A stretch of 64,000 nt of DNA, taken from NCBI GenBank assembly GCA_051294375.1, contig CM119269.1:20503976-20567975 (forward strand). Direction: 5' to 3'. Origin of the DNA: Paraspadella gotoi. Taxonomy: Eukaryota > Animalia > Chaetognatha. Under the pieces are notes generated by a model. That model was not told the DNA's origin. It was given only the letters and a program-made list of their open reading frames with translations, and searched no databases. Numbering within the stretch: position 1 is the first letter of the stretch; each line of letters opens with the position of its first letter. Shown in pieces: positions 39,490-49,796 of the stretch. The translations under genes were made by a program, and so were the position numbers.

Positions 39490-42400
39490 TCTCAATAAAC
39501 CGGGGATCAAGTCTCCTTTTCTGAGTTAATATCGAATAAAACCTTACATGTCACTCTTTTTTTCGTCATTGGCTTTCTCCTTCTCTCTCTCTCTTTCTCT
39601 CTCTCTCTTTCTTTCTCTCTCTCTCCCTCCTGTCACACGGATCTCATTCCCCTTCACCGCACACCAAATTCGCTCTCACGTGATCTGTCCGTCAAAACGT
39701 CCTTTCTGATTCACCTCTCACGTCACCGAAGAATTTCTTCTCCTTCTACTTTTTTTGGAAATCTAAGATTTTAATCGCAATCCAGTTGAATACTCTCATG
39801 TCTGCCAGATCTGTCTGGTGATTCACAGTTTTGAATCAAAATCTTATTCTTCCCATCTTTAAAACCATTGTCTCATACTACGACTTTTTGCAGATTGCAT
39901 AAGACCTCATTTTTCGCTTGGTTTTTTTTTCAAACCTCTCACCCAACATTTTTTTTCAGAAATTCACTCGTACTTCATTTAGTCAAGAANNNNNNNNNNN
40001 NNNNNNNNNNNNNNNNNNNNNNNNNNNNNNNNNNNNNNNNNNNNNNNNNNNNNNNNNNNNNNNNNNNNNNNNNNNNNNNNNNNNNNNNNNNNNNNNNNNN
40101 NNNNNNNNNNNNNNNNNNNNNNNNNNNNNNNNNNNNNNNNNNNNNNNNNNNNNNNNNNNNNNNNNNNNNNNNNNNNNNNNNNNNNNNNNNNNNNNNNNNN
40201 NNNNNNNNNNNNNNNNNNNNNNNNNNNNNNNNNNNNNNNNNNNNNNNNNNNNNNNNNNNNNNNNNNNNNNNNNNNNNNNNNNNNNNNNNNNNNNNNNNNN
40301 NNNNNNNNNNNNNNNNNNNNNNNNNNNNNNNNNNNNNNNNNNNNNNNNNNNNNNNNNNNNNNNNNNNNNNNNNNNNNNNNNNNNNNNNNNNNNNNNNNNN
40401 NNNNNNNNNNNNNNNNNNNNNNNNNNNNNNNNNNNNNNNNNNNNNNNNNNNNNNNNNNNNNNNNNNNNNNNNNNNNNNNNNNNNNNNNNNNNNNNNNNNN
40501 NNNNNNNNNNNNNNNNNNNNNNNNNNNNNNNNNNNNNNNNNNNNNNNNNNNNNNNNAGTAGTTATCAAACAGAAAGAATGAATTAAATAATCCCAATCTG
40601 ACTTTGAGTTTGACTCTGATCGCTCCAATTGGATTTCAAGCAAACCTATCTTATAGAATTAGGAATAATAAAGTCATTAAATTTTTCTTTGCTCTCATTG
40701 GTGCTGCCGTTGTCCGCCCTGGTGCTGGTTTCTCATTGATAATTTTGTCTGTGGAAATAATACTCTTGAGTGCGTAGTAAATTATAAATTAGTTCGGAGA
40801 GAAACTTTTTTCTACAAGAGAGGTCAGACATACTGGTTTTTTGAAAAGAAAATTTTAATTCATTCTTCACACCGTTTAAGTATTTCGTCCATTCTTTATT
40901 CTCGTTCTTCCCACTCCCCGGCCTCACGGTTTTCCAGGCAACAGTTCCCAGACGGATGACTGGCTCAGAGAATATCCTTCGACACTCGCGCTTCTACATC
41001 CGCCCTCCCTAGCCACGTCGCCGGCGTGGCGTCGTCTCCACCATCGTGTCACTCGTCATCATCACCATATTTTGTCCTTGCCGCGGGCGTCATCATCACT
41101 GTCATCTCATCTCATAAGATTCTTCATTGCCTTCTTGATAAAGTCGTAATCATCTTAATCGTTTCCAAGAACCTTCAATACAGTTATCGCCCTCCTCTCT
41201 TCTCGCTCTCCTCCTCCTCTTCCTCCTCCTCGTCCCTCTCTTTCTCCACCTTATATTCCTCCTCTTCCTCCTCCTTCAATCCTCATTATCGGCATCTTTC
41301 TCTTCCCAAGATCAAAATTATCCGCGAGAGTCTTCCTTTCCTCGGAGAATAACGTTTTGAAATAAGAGAGATAGAAAAAGAGGGAGAAAGAATGGGAGGA
41401 GGAAAGGAAAGAAAGAGAGAGACCGCTTCCTAAAGGTCAGAGCTAATTGGTCTTTTTTTTTTCCCCCATTTTTTAAAACAAATTCCAAAGTAGTGAGCTT
41501 AAAGAGTGATAAATGTTCAAAAGCACTCTCTCTCTTTCTCTCTCTCCCTCTCTATCTAATTTTGAAAGCAAATTCCAGTTTAAATTATATGATTATCTTA
41601 TTAATTATTAGTAATTGTTACCCTTCATAATTCTCTCTCTTTTCTTTTCCGCCGCAGTCCTCTCACCGTCGTCGACAGCCTCACCCCTCCCCTCCCTCTC
41701 TCCAAACCCCTCAGTCTCCTCTCCTCCTCATCCTCCTCCATCCTAAATCCTCCTCCTCCTCCTCATCCTCCCGGCGCCTCCCATCACAAACCCATCCCCA
41801 TCCACGCCGGGGCTGGCGGCGCCCTCTGCCACCCGGGGCGGCCCGACCCTTCCCTCCTTCAGTCCCTCAGCCCAGCGTCCCTCCTCTCCTCCCCGATCCC
41901 GATGGGCGCGACCCCGGCCCCGATGGGTTCCGCCGCCGCCCTCCATCCGCCGCTGCATCCCGGCGCGGCGGGGCTCCACAGCCTGGCGGCCACGCCCTCC
42001 CTGCCCGATTTGCTCCTCGGCCTCTGCATTATTCGGATCAAGGCCGACGAGCAAGGGCGGTTCGGGTTCAACGTCAAAGGGGGTGCTGACCAGGTAAAGG
42101 GGTCGCGTGAATGTTAAACAGGGCCACTCAGGGTCAGGGAAGGAGAATTTAGGAACCGAAAGAGAGGGACAAGGACCGACAAGGTGGTAGATGTGAAAAG
42201 GGACTTTATCCGTCGGGGGCAGTTCCCAATGATTTCTACGTATTTGCATATCAATTTATAATTTGATAATTAATTTAAATACTTAACATTACATTACAGG
42301 GCATGCCAATAATCGTGTCCCGAGTAGCACCTTCGACCCCAGCTGATCTTTGCGTCCCGAGACTAAACGAAGGAGATCAGGTATTGTAATAATAATAATG

Positions 42401-44701
42401 TAATTCAATGAATAAAAAAAATAGTTAAATAAAAAACTAAAAATTATGGCACGTGTAAAGAATCTTAATGACAACCTAATTCATTAAAAATCATCANNNN
42501 NNNNNNNNNNNNNNNTTGCAGTCAGAAAAACTGCGCGGTCAAAAGTCAGAAGTTACCATCCTTCATCTTCATCTTTCGTCAATGTCCTAATTTTTTGTAA
42601 AGAACCGGCGCGAAAAAAAAAATAGGACATGTTATGCAAAAAAAACATTAATTAAAGGAGTTGCCACGAGATTCTTCATACATTTTTGATATCGATGGAA
42701 AGAGAAAATAACCTCGATTCTAAATATAATCCCTTTTTTTCTTCTATCATTAAGTAAAGTTAGTCCCATAAGAGCTGGACCTCCCGGTAGTATCAATAAA
42801 TTAAAAAAAAAANNNNNNNNNNNNNNNNNNNNNNNNNNNNNNNNNNNNNNNNNNNNNNNNNNNNNNNNNNNNNNNNNNNNNNNNNNNNNNNNNNNNNNNN
42901 NNNNNNNNNNNNNNNNNNNNNNNNNNNNNNNNNNNNNNNNNNNNNNNNNNNNNNNNNNNNNNNNNNNNNNNNNNNNNNNNNNNNNNNNNNNNNNNNNNNN
43001 NNNNNNNNNNNNNNNNNNNNNNNNNNNNNNNNNNNNNNNNNNNNNNNNNNNNNNNNNNNNNNNNNNNNNNNNNNNNNNNNNNNNNNNNNNNNNNNNNNNN
43101 NNNNNNNNNNNNNNNNNNNNNNNNNNNNNNNNNNAGACGTCTCTCGATCCCGCGTCGGCCACGCCTACATCCGGTGGCGTCGTCGGCGGAGAACTCGTGT
43201 TGACCGTGAGACCAAACGCGGAGTATATCGGCGAAGACATCAGCGACGAGGAGCCCGACTTCCAGTACATCCCCGAGTCGCCGAGGGTCGCCGCCTCGTT
43301 GACGGGGGATTTGCTGGGGGAGTCCCTGCTGTTGTTGCAGGTTTGGGAACGGGGGGAATGATCGATCGGCAGTGGTTGATAGATTTTGGGACGCGAGGAG
43401 TGGAACTGTGAAAGTGACGATTTTTGAGTTCGAAATCAATTAACTTATTAAGGGGTGTAAAAACTGGGAGAGTTGGAATTGAATTGAATTGAATTGAATT
43501 GAATTGAATTGAATTGAATTGAATTGAAAACAGGGAGAGAGTTGGAATTGAATTTGCGAGCGGGATGAAGTGATGAGCACAAACGATTAAGAACACTACC
43601 TATATTCGAATGAAACAAGAGATAGTCACAGCGCCTAACTTTTAATCTCAATTCGAGTAACCTACACCTTTCTTAACTCTCTCTTTTCTTCTTGTCGACA
43701 TCTCTAATCTCTTTCCCTCTTCTCCTCCACCTCCACCTCCGCTTTCCAGGAAGGCCTCGAATCGGGCGCAGCCGGCCTTCAGTTCGAACAACTCTATCGA
43801 CGCAAACCCGGCGAGACTTTAGACGTGTGTCGTCGACCGGAGAACATGCCCAAGAATCGATACAGGGACGTCTTTCCTTACGACTCTTCGAGAGTGGTGC
43901 TACGAAGCTCCGAGTTGGGTGAGTCTTAAATTGATAGAATTAAATTCATTGTTTAGCTAATAGTTTCGGTAATTAATTGAGTAACATTGAGTAACAATCG
44001 TATCAAGCAACTAATATAAATTTTAAACTTAAGTGGATAACGGTTATGTTTGAATGAGTAGTATATTTGGGAGGGGGGTGTTACACTTGTTTTGTCTATA
44101 CAATACGAGGTTATAATACTCTAAAATCTAAGTAGGACTCTAGTTAGATATCAAACATTATTCTTTGAAAGATTGGCATGTTAAGGTAAAAATAGCAATA
44201 ATTTTCATTTTTTAAATTAATGACTCTAGATTCGATACGAAAAATGTAAAGCGGAAGTATCTCTGTGGATAAGGCGCTACGTGGGCTGAAGATGACTGTC
44301 CGTAACTTCTATAACCCCCTCTAGCAACCATGGAACAGGTTCCTGGGCTTGGATCCAGGCTTGAGGGTTTGCCATGCCCCCAAGGCGGCTTATGGCCGTC
44401 CTCACGCTTCCCGCAGGGTAGGGACCGGGTTGGGATTGAACCCGGTACCTAGTGGTCATGAGCTGAAGGCTTTACTCAATGAGCCACCGGGTCACAACTG
44501 AAAGTGTCATGATTCTAGGCGGGGTGAACCTAGGCAATGCCCGACTACATCTCCTTAACAATATCGACTTAGACGATTCATTCTTTTGTATTTTTTTTTT
44601 TATTTAGATAAAAATCTGATAAAAAAAAAAATTTTCAATTGAAAATAAACGTTTTGTCATCGAACCTTCTCTCTCTCTTTCTTCTCTCTCTCTCCTCCCC
44701 C

Positions 44702-44740
<39 letters not shown>

Positions 44741-45052
44741 CTCTCTCGTCTCGTCTCTCATCTCTCTCATCTCTCTCTCTCTCTCTCTCTCTGAGTTTTA
44801 ATGCGGATCGGTTATCAAATAAAAAACAAACTGTTTGAATTGTCAGTTAGAGAGAGTTCATCAAAACTGTATATTTGAAAAGATTAAAGAAGATCAATTT
44901 ACAAGCCTACTTTATTGATGTAGTTATAGAAATAGTTAGCTTTTAAAGGCAGTTTGTGAAACGAGCCTCAAGCTCAAAAATTTATATTTTCAATTCAATT
45001 CAATTCGAATTCCTCATCTCTCTCTCTTCTCTCCTCTCTCTCTCCTCTTTCT

Positions 45053-45090
<38 letters not shown>

Positions 45091-47087
45091 CCTTCTCTCT
45101 CTTCGACGGAGTCGATTACCTCAACGCATCTCACGTGAACATGAAATCCCAACTCCGAGGCATCGTTAAACCGCTACATCGCCTGTCAAGTATAGTATTA
45201 TAGTGTATAGTATATACCTATTTTGTTTCACCATTATAACAAATTGGATTTCCGTTTTTGCGATGCGTTATCGGATTTTTGATACGTAAATCCGTTAAGA
45301 ATCGGAAGATATTGTCGTCTTCGAAAACGTGAGTTGTGAAAACAATTTATTAAATGAAACTCTAACTCACATTTTCACAAAAGAGCAAAGAAACCTGGCT
45401 CTTCGACTCTTTATTCCAATAGCCATGATTTTTTTTTAAATTTAACAAAATTTAAAAAAAAACTAATTACCTATTTACGCCAATAGAAAAGCCCAAAGTT
45501 TACTCTTGAGGATATAGGCTGCCTTTATACATTAATTTACTTTATTCAAAGATATAAAGGGAAAAAAAAAGTGTAACTTAAAAATGCCGAGAATTCGGTT
45601 TTTTAAACATCAATAATTGGATATTTGTTTTTGATTTTGTTCGCTCTTTAAGTTGACGCGGGTTAAATTTGATTCCGGACTGATATTTTGATAAATATCT
45701 ATATTTTCCATGAAAAAAACGTTTTTTTTTGCAAATTTCTATTTTCAACAAAACAAAGATATGGGATTTGATGATTTTGTTCTTGGAAAACATTTTTATG
45801 CCTTTTGAACGAACTCGTGAGGCGCAGACGCGCGTGGTGGTCGTTTCACCACAGATATAAAAAAATTAGTAGCAATAAGGACTACTTAGTACTATAGTGC
45901 TAAATGCTGTAAAAAAGTTTTAAAAATTTGCTAAGGCTCAATAATATTGAGTCTCACCCACTATCCATATCTACGCATTATCTACATAAAACGTTTTACT
46001 GTTTTTTTGCTCTGTTTGCATATTTCTTTTTCCCACCCCCAATCTCGCAACGCTCCAAGGACCTCTGCCTAACACGACGCTGGACTTCTGGCTGATGTGT
46101 TGGGAGACGGGATGTTCCCTCGTGGTGATGCTGACGACGACCGTCGAACGCGGCCGGGTCAAATGTCACCAGGTCAGTGAATCACGTTGGTGGTTCGATA
46201 GTTCAATTTCTGGTTTAATAATGCCACTGGGTCTGAAAAAGAGATCTAGCTAATCTCATCCTCGCTTTACTTCCCCAACTCATGCTCGATCATTTAATCT
46301 TTATCTAGTACTGGCCGGACCTCTACGAGACGATGGACTTTGGAAACCTCCAATGCACCTGCCTAAAGGTAAATCTATCAGTCAATGAATCGATCAATCA
46401 AAAAAACAATCAATTACCCCCTCTGGCCCATTCACCGCAGGAGGAGATCACCCCCGCCTTTGCCTTTCGGGAATTCACGCTGACTTCACTGGAAACGAAC
46501 GAGGAGCGAGTCGTTCACCAGATGCAGTACATCGCTTGGCCGGATCACGGAGTCCCCGCCGACGCAACAGACTTTTTGGAGTTCACGTTCAGGGTGAGTG
46601 AGGTTAATAAACTATATAGTGGCGGAGACCATTTCAATTTTGGGTGATTCGTATTCAGTAAGGTGGGAATTCAAGTTATATTTCAATTATATATATGATG
46701 AAGAGGTGATGAATTCATTAAAAACTACCATATTTGACACTCTTGTCTTGTTCCTCCTCCTCTTGAACCAAAATCACCACGCCCCCCCCCTCCCCGCCAA
46801 AAATACTCAGGTCCGTCAAAAGCGCGCCGGAATGTCGGAGCCCACTGTGGTTCACTGCTCCGCTGGCATCTGGCGCGCACGGCGTCCTAATCCTGATGGA
46901 GACGGCGCTGTGTTTGATGGAATCCAACGAGCCCGTCTACCCGCTGGACATCGTGCGGTCCATGCGCGACCAACGGGCGATGCTAATCCAGACGGGAGAG
47001 CAGTACCGCTTCGTCTGCGACGCCGTGCTGAGGGTATTCCGGGAAGGGCTCGTCAAGCCGCTTCCGGAATACGTCGGCGCGCGGTGA
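5065..47087 (+). CDS. PTPN4: Whole gene span: FERM-PDZ-PTP non-receptor protein tyrosine phosphatase (PTPN3/PTPN4/Ptpmeg family), spliced, partly in gaps
   Basis: Exons translate in order to [130 protein letters not shown] and [11 protein letters not shown]. This matches the recalled PTPN4/PTPMEG sequence, with GT-AG boundaries. Confidence 0.93.
7955..8063 (+). CDS. PTPN4: PTP gene exon 2 (start of FERM F1)
   Basis: acag|A ACC TAC..: [36 protein letters not shown]|gtgagt. Confidence 0.92.
8747..11812 (+). other. C-depleted low-quality copy of the gene region (exon 3 through ~29600); probable raw-read insert
   Basis: 9147-9300 is a degraded copy of 11813-11960, 10801-11190 of 28607-29045, and 11350-11578 of 29302-29583. 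C is mostly deleted or read as A. Starts right after a 25-N gap. Confidence 0.85.
9835..10800 (+). repeat. ~15-copy minisatellite, ~60-70 bp unit (seen in C-depleted form)
   Basis: Recurrent GAGTTATTGTGGATATGGAATT..TTGGAATGTTTG..ATAGGTAATATTAATTATTTAAT. Cleaner units with the Cs present occur at ~12520-12583 and 28570-28610 (CATTAATTCCATTTAATGCAGTTATTGTGGATATGGAATT). Confidence 0.85.
11813..12053 (+). CDS. PTPN4: PTP gene exon 3 fragment (FERM F1/F2); both ends missing
   Basis: [80 protein letters not shown], then N gap. Confidence 0.95.
12320..12515 (+). mobile_element. tRNA-derived SINE copy (degenerate)
   Basis: ACCCGGTGTCTCATTGAGTAATACCATCTGCTCATGACCA...CCTGCGGGAAGCGTGAGGATGGCCG aligns to the reverse complements of 44255-44493 and 62020-62223. 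Confidence 0.7.
12583..15830 (-). repeat. Inverted copy: 12583-14629 is the reverse complement of 8747-10793; continues as a G-depleted reverse copy of ~8700-7400
   Basis: Both ends and interior blocks checked by eye; both arms are 2047 bp and the ORF track gives identical 71-aa ORFs at 9359-9574(-) and 13802-14017(+). Beyond 14629 it tracks the reverse complement of 8700-7400 with Gs lost. Confidence 0.9.
15830..28544. other. ~12.7 kb featureless A-rich sequence; probable noisy long-read tail
   Basis: Directly continues the degraded inverted read. No recognisable ORF, splice pattern or host-type microsatellite. Composition drifts along its length, and it ends at a 25-N gap. Confidence 0.65.
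28821..29044 (+). CDS. PTPN4: PTP gene exon (FERM F2/F3)
   Basis: tgtag|[75 protein letters not shown]. The donor position is inferred from the degraded copy (ggatagg|gtaagg, ~11187). Confidence 0.9.
35439..35639. repeat. Compound (CAT)n-(AAT)n microsatellite
   Basis: Directly visible; source of the poly-I/poly-L ORFs. Confidence 0.95.
38142..38248 (+). CDS. PTPN4: PTP gene exon (end of FERM F3)
   Basis: gtag|[36 protein letters not shown]|gtaaac. Confidence 0.93.
38380..38520 (+). CDS. PTPN4: PTP gene exon (FERM-adjacent region)
   Basis: acag|[48 protein letters not shown]|gtgaga; FFxLGSKxxY motif; phase consistent. Confidence 0.88.
38619..38785 (+). CDS. PTPN4: PTP gene linker exon (Ser-rich)
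   Basis: ccag|[57 protein letters not shown]|gtgagg; phase 2 in, phase 1 out. Confidence 0.8.
39066..39311 (+). CDS. PTPN4: PTP gene linker exon
   Basis: ctag|(D)[81 protein letters not shown]|gtgagg; phase 1 both ends. Confidence 0.8.
41658..42093 (+). CDS. PTPN4: PTP gene exon: Pro/Ser-rich linker and start of PDZ (5' boundary uncertain)
   Basis: Open frame 41659-42093 ending [32 protein letters not shown]|gtaaag. The acceptor gcag at 41657 needs a phase-2 entry; an alternative phase-1 acceptor lies at 41875. Confidence 0.8.
42300..42380 (+). CDS. PTPN4: PTP gene exon (PDZ)
   Basis: acag|[27 protein letters not shown]|gtattg, near-identical to PTPN4 as recalled. Confidence 0.95.
43135..43340 (+). 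CDS. PTPN4: PTP gene exon fragment (end of PDZ, PDZ-PTP linker); 5' part in gap
   Basis: [68 protein letters not shown]|gtttgg. Confidence 0.9.
43476..43527. repeat. (GAATT)n pentanucleotide microsatellite
   Basis: Directly visible. Confidence 0.9.
43750..43918 (+). CDS. PTPN4: PTP gene exon (PTP domain, KNRY motif)
   Basis: ccag|[57 protein letters not shown]|gtgagt. Confidence 0.95.
44255..44493 (-). mobile_element. tRNA-derived SINE, best-preserved copy
   Basis: Minus-strand head GACCCGG-TGGCTCATTGAG (A box)...CTCATGA...GGTTCAATCCC (B box)-AACCCGGTC, followed by a body shared with two other copies. 3' end approximate. Confidence 0.75.
45109..45190 (+). CDS. PTPN4: PTP gene exon (DYINA/YIACQ motifs) with assembly indels
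   Basis: GTC GAT TAC CTC AAC GCA TCT CAC GTG AAC ATG ([11 protein letters not shown]) ... CGC TAC ATC GCC TGT CAA (RYIACQ) in different frames; splice sites damaged; adjacent to a CT tract. Confidence 0.85.
46060..46172 (+). CDS. PTPN4: PTP gene exon (DFW, VMLT, KCHQ)
   Basis: caag|(G)[37 protein letters not shown]|gtcagt. Confidence 0.95.
46309..46368 (+). CDS. PTPN4: PTP gene exon (YWP)
   Basis: ctag|[20 protein letters not shown]|gtaaat. Confidence 0.93.
46441..46593 (+). CDS. PTPN4: PTP gene exon (WPD loop)
   Basis: gcag|[51 protein letters not shown]|gtgagt. Confidence 0.95.
46811..47087 (+). CDS. PTPN4: PTP gene last exon (P-loop, Q-loop, stop); net +1 frameshift just after HCSAGI
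   Basis: tcag|[20 protein letters not shown]..[shift]..[71 protein letters not shown]. Confidence 0.93.
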
Positions 47088-49413
47088 TGACGAATTGAAT
47101 TCCATATTTCGTCGCTCCCTTTGTCAACATCGTCGTCCTCTTCATCCTCGGACATTCCAAAAAAAAATCTTTCACGTTTCTCTTGTAAACAAAACTCTTC
47201 TTCTCTCCAACCCTTTTCACGAATGGGCCGAAGAAACGGCCGTGAGAGCAAAGACTGTTGGCCGCCGCAAAGTTTGATGTCGGCCGGAAAGATGTCGTCG
47301 GGTTTTACTATGGTAACCGACCCAGGTTGTCAGCATCGGCAGAAAGTCGAGTTGTCAGCTCGTTGAAGACATTGTCGACAACAGTTATGTCGGAGCAGGG
47401 GTAGTATCCATCAAGCACCTCGTCGAACCTTCAAAGAAAACGGTGGTCAAACCGACTTCGATACCGAAGACTCTCTCTCTCTCGCTCTCTCTCTCTCACT
47501 CTTTCTTATCTCTTTGTTAAAATAGGGTGCGTTCCCTTTGAAGACAAAAAGCAGAATTGAAGGGATTCTAATCGTTTTTTATATCATTTTATTTGATTTC
47601 TTTCTTACATATACTGGCGCTGTCTCTCTCTCTCTCTCTCTCTTTCCTTACTCAATTATTTTCCACATGGCTGCTTGCTCGTCATTCAATGTCTTGACCA
47701 TTTTTTTTATTATCGAATGGATTAAGTTTTTCGCGAAGACGCTCGTTGAGTCAATTTGTCCGAAGGCAATCGAGTCATTTTGTCCAAAAAAAGGCCCCTT
47801 AGTCATCTTTAAACTTCCTCCATGGCTTATCGCTTCACCTTGGCCTCAACCCATTTAGTCATGTTTGGCTTGGTCTTTTTTGTCATTTAGGCCCCATGCA
47901 TCGTTTCATTTTGGCCAAGAAACATTTTGTCATTTCGGTCCATTCCTGTCTTGTACTTTTTGGCCGATGCCTTGCTTGTCGTTTTTTCGCTTTTCTTCTC
48001 AAATCTCCCTCGAATATATTAATACTTCTTTTTTTTTGTCATAAAAGATCATCTGCTTTCGGAAATTCGTATCCTCAAATTTTCGTCTTTCTTCAAACCA
48101 CCCTAATGTTGAACAGCCTTTTTTCGACCACCCCTATTGTCCTCTCATGTCCAGTCTGGTCCGTTACTTAGGACTTTGTTTAGAATAGAGTTATACATAC
48201 AACGAAAGGGTTTTTATCGGTACTAAAAGTTATATATGGAGAAAAAAAAACAAAATTATTTAGAAAAAAAGTTTTAAACGCAATGGAACTGTTTCGCTTA
48301 CAAAAAAGATTGATTTATAAACTTGATTATTGTAATGGTCAACGTTTGATCCATAATATCTGTTACTATTTACTGCTCTGTTATTATTTGAAAAAAAAAT
48401 CACTTCTTAATTAAATCATTGACGAAAATAACCAGTTTTCTCTCGGGACATTTTGATTAGCCAGAATAGAAATATCCATAAATAAGTCATGATTGTGAAA
48501 CGTATTTTTTCAGATGTTTTGAATGCAACCACCACAGTTAGTGATGACAATGTGTAATAAATACGTGAATTTTTCTTCTAATAAAAACAAAATGAGGTCA
48601 AGATCATTTGTTTTTCAAATAATTGATTTCCAAGATTTACCGACACCTACCAGATAAGTCCTTTAGTTTTCGCGTGAAAACAAAAGTTAGAAATTGTTTG
48701 ATGTCTCTGATGCAAAGAGCCTGAAAAGAACGCAACGGAATAAGTGTCAATATACTTATTGAAAACTATTGCAAAATCCGAGATAAATCGCAGCACGTGA
48801 ATAAATTTTTAACTTTTAAGGACGATCAATCATTAAAGCTTTTGACGACAGTAAAAAATCGATTTTGGCTATCGATATCGATTTTTAATTCATGGATGTT
48901 TTTCTTTGATTTATTCTTTTGGATTTTCATTCTCTCGATGGTATGCCAATTGCCGAAAAAAAATACCATCTAGGAAAAAAGTATATCACATTTTTAGTAG
49001 AGGATATCTACTCGAAAACTTTCTGAATCAATATTGAACTTCCAAATTTTCCTAGGTCAAATCGTTTAGAAGTTACAGGCAAAAAAATATCGCTATTACA
49101 AATGAAAAATGGCGAAAAAAATTATATCAACATCAGGGCTGAAAAGAATTGCGTTAAAGATATGAAAAAACAACTCAATTTGCTGTATGAGAGCATGCCT
49201 AGACCAATTAATCGATTCTGGGGGAGGGCATTCCAAATAGCGAGAATGTTTTACCCATTTTTTATATATTTTTTATTGAATAAATGAACTTTTCAATAAT
49301 TATGTGATATACTTTTTTCCTACATAGTATATTCCGTTAGAATTTTTACGGACATAAGCATATTTAGCTTATATAATCGGCCTCATCAAATTTTCCAAAA
49401 AAAGAAAGTTACG

Positions 49414-49508
<95 letters not shown>

Positions 49509-49509
49509 A
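49414..49509. repeat. (AAAG)n microsatellite
   Basis: Directly visible. Confidence 0.95.
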
Positions 49510-49796
49510 GCTGAACGACTGACTGACCGAAAAATTGGAGATGCGACGTCGTCTTCGCTCCAAACTTGTATTACGAAAGATCAAACTTTAGCCCCCGAAA
49601 ATGATAAATCAATTTCTTCTCTTTTCTCGCCGTTATATAAACTCTTTGCATTTGTGACGCAATCTTCTTTTTTGACGAAAGGGAAAAAAATATTAAATTA
49701 AATCACCTAAAAAGGTTGATTCTGTTAAGTTTCATGATAAAATTAAAAAACAATCTTTATGCTTCTTTTTAACCCAACCTTAACCCTAAGATCACC

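Noticed and set aside
29579-40643. Long ORFs in the track containing X runs
   Set aside because: They are open only because they span N gaps.
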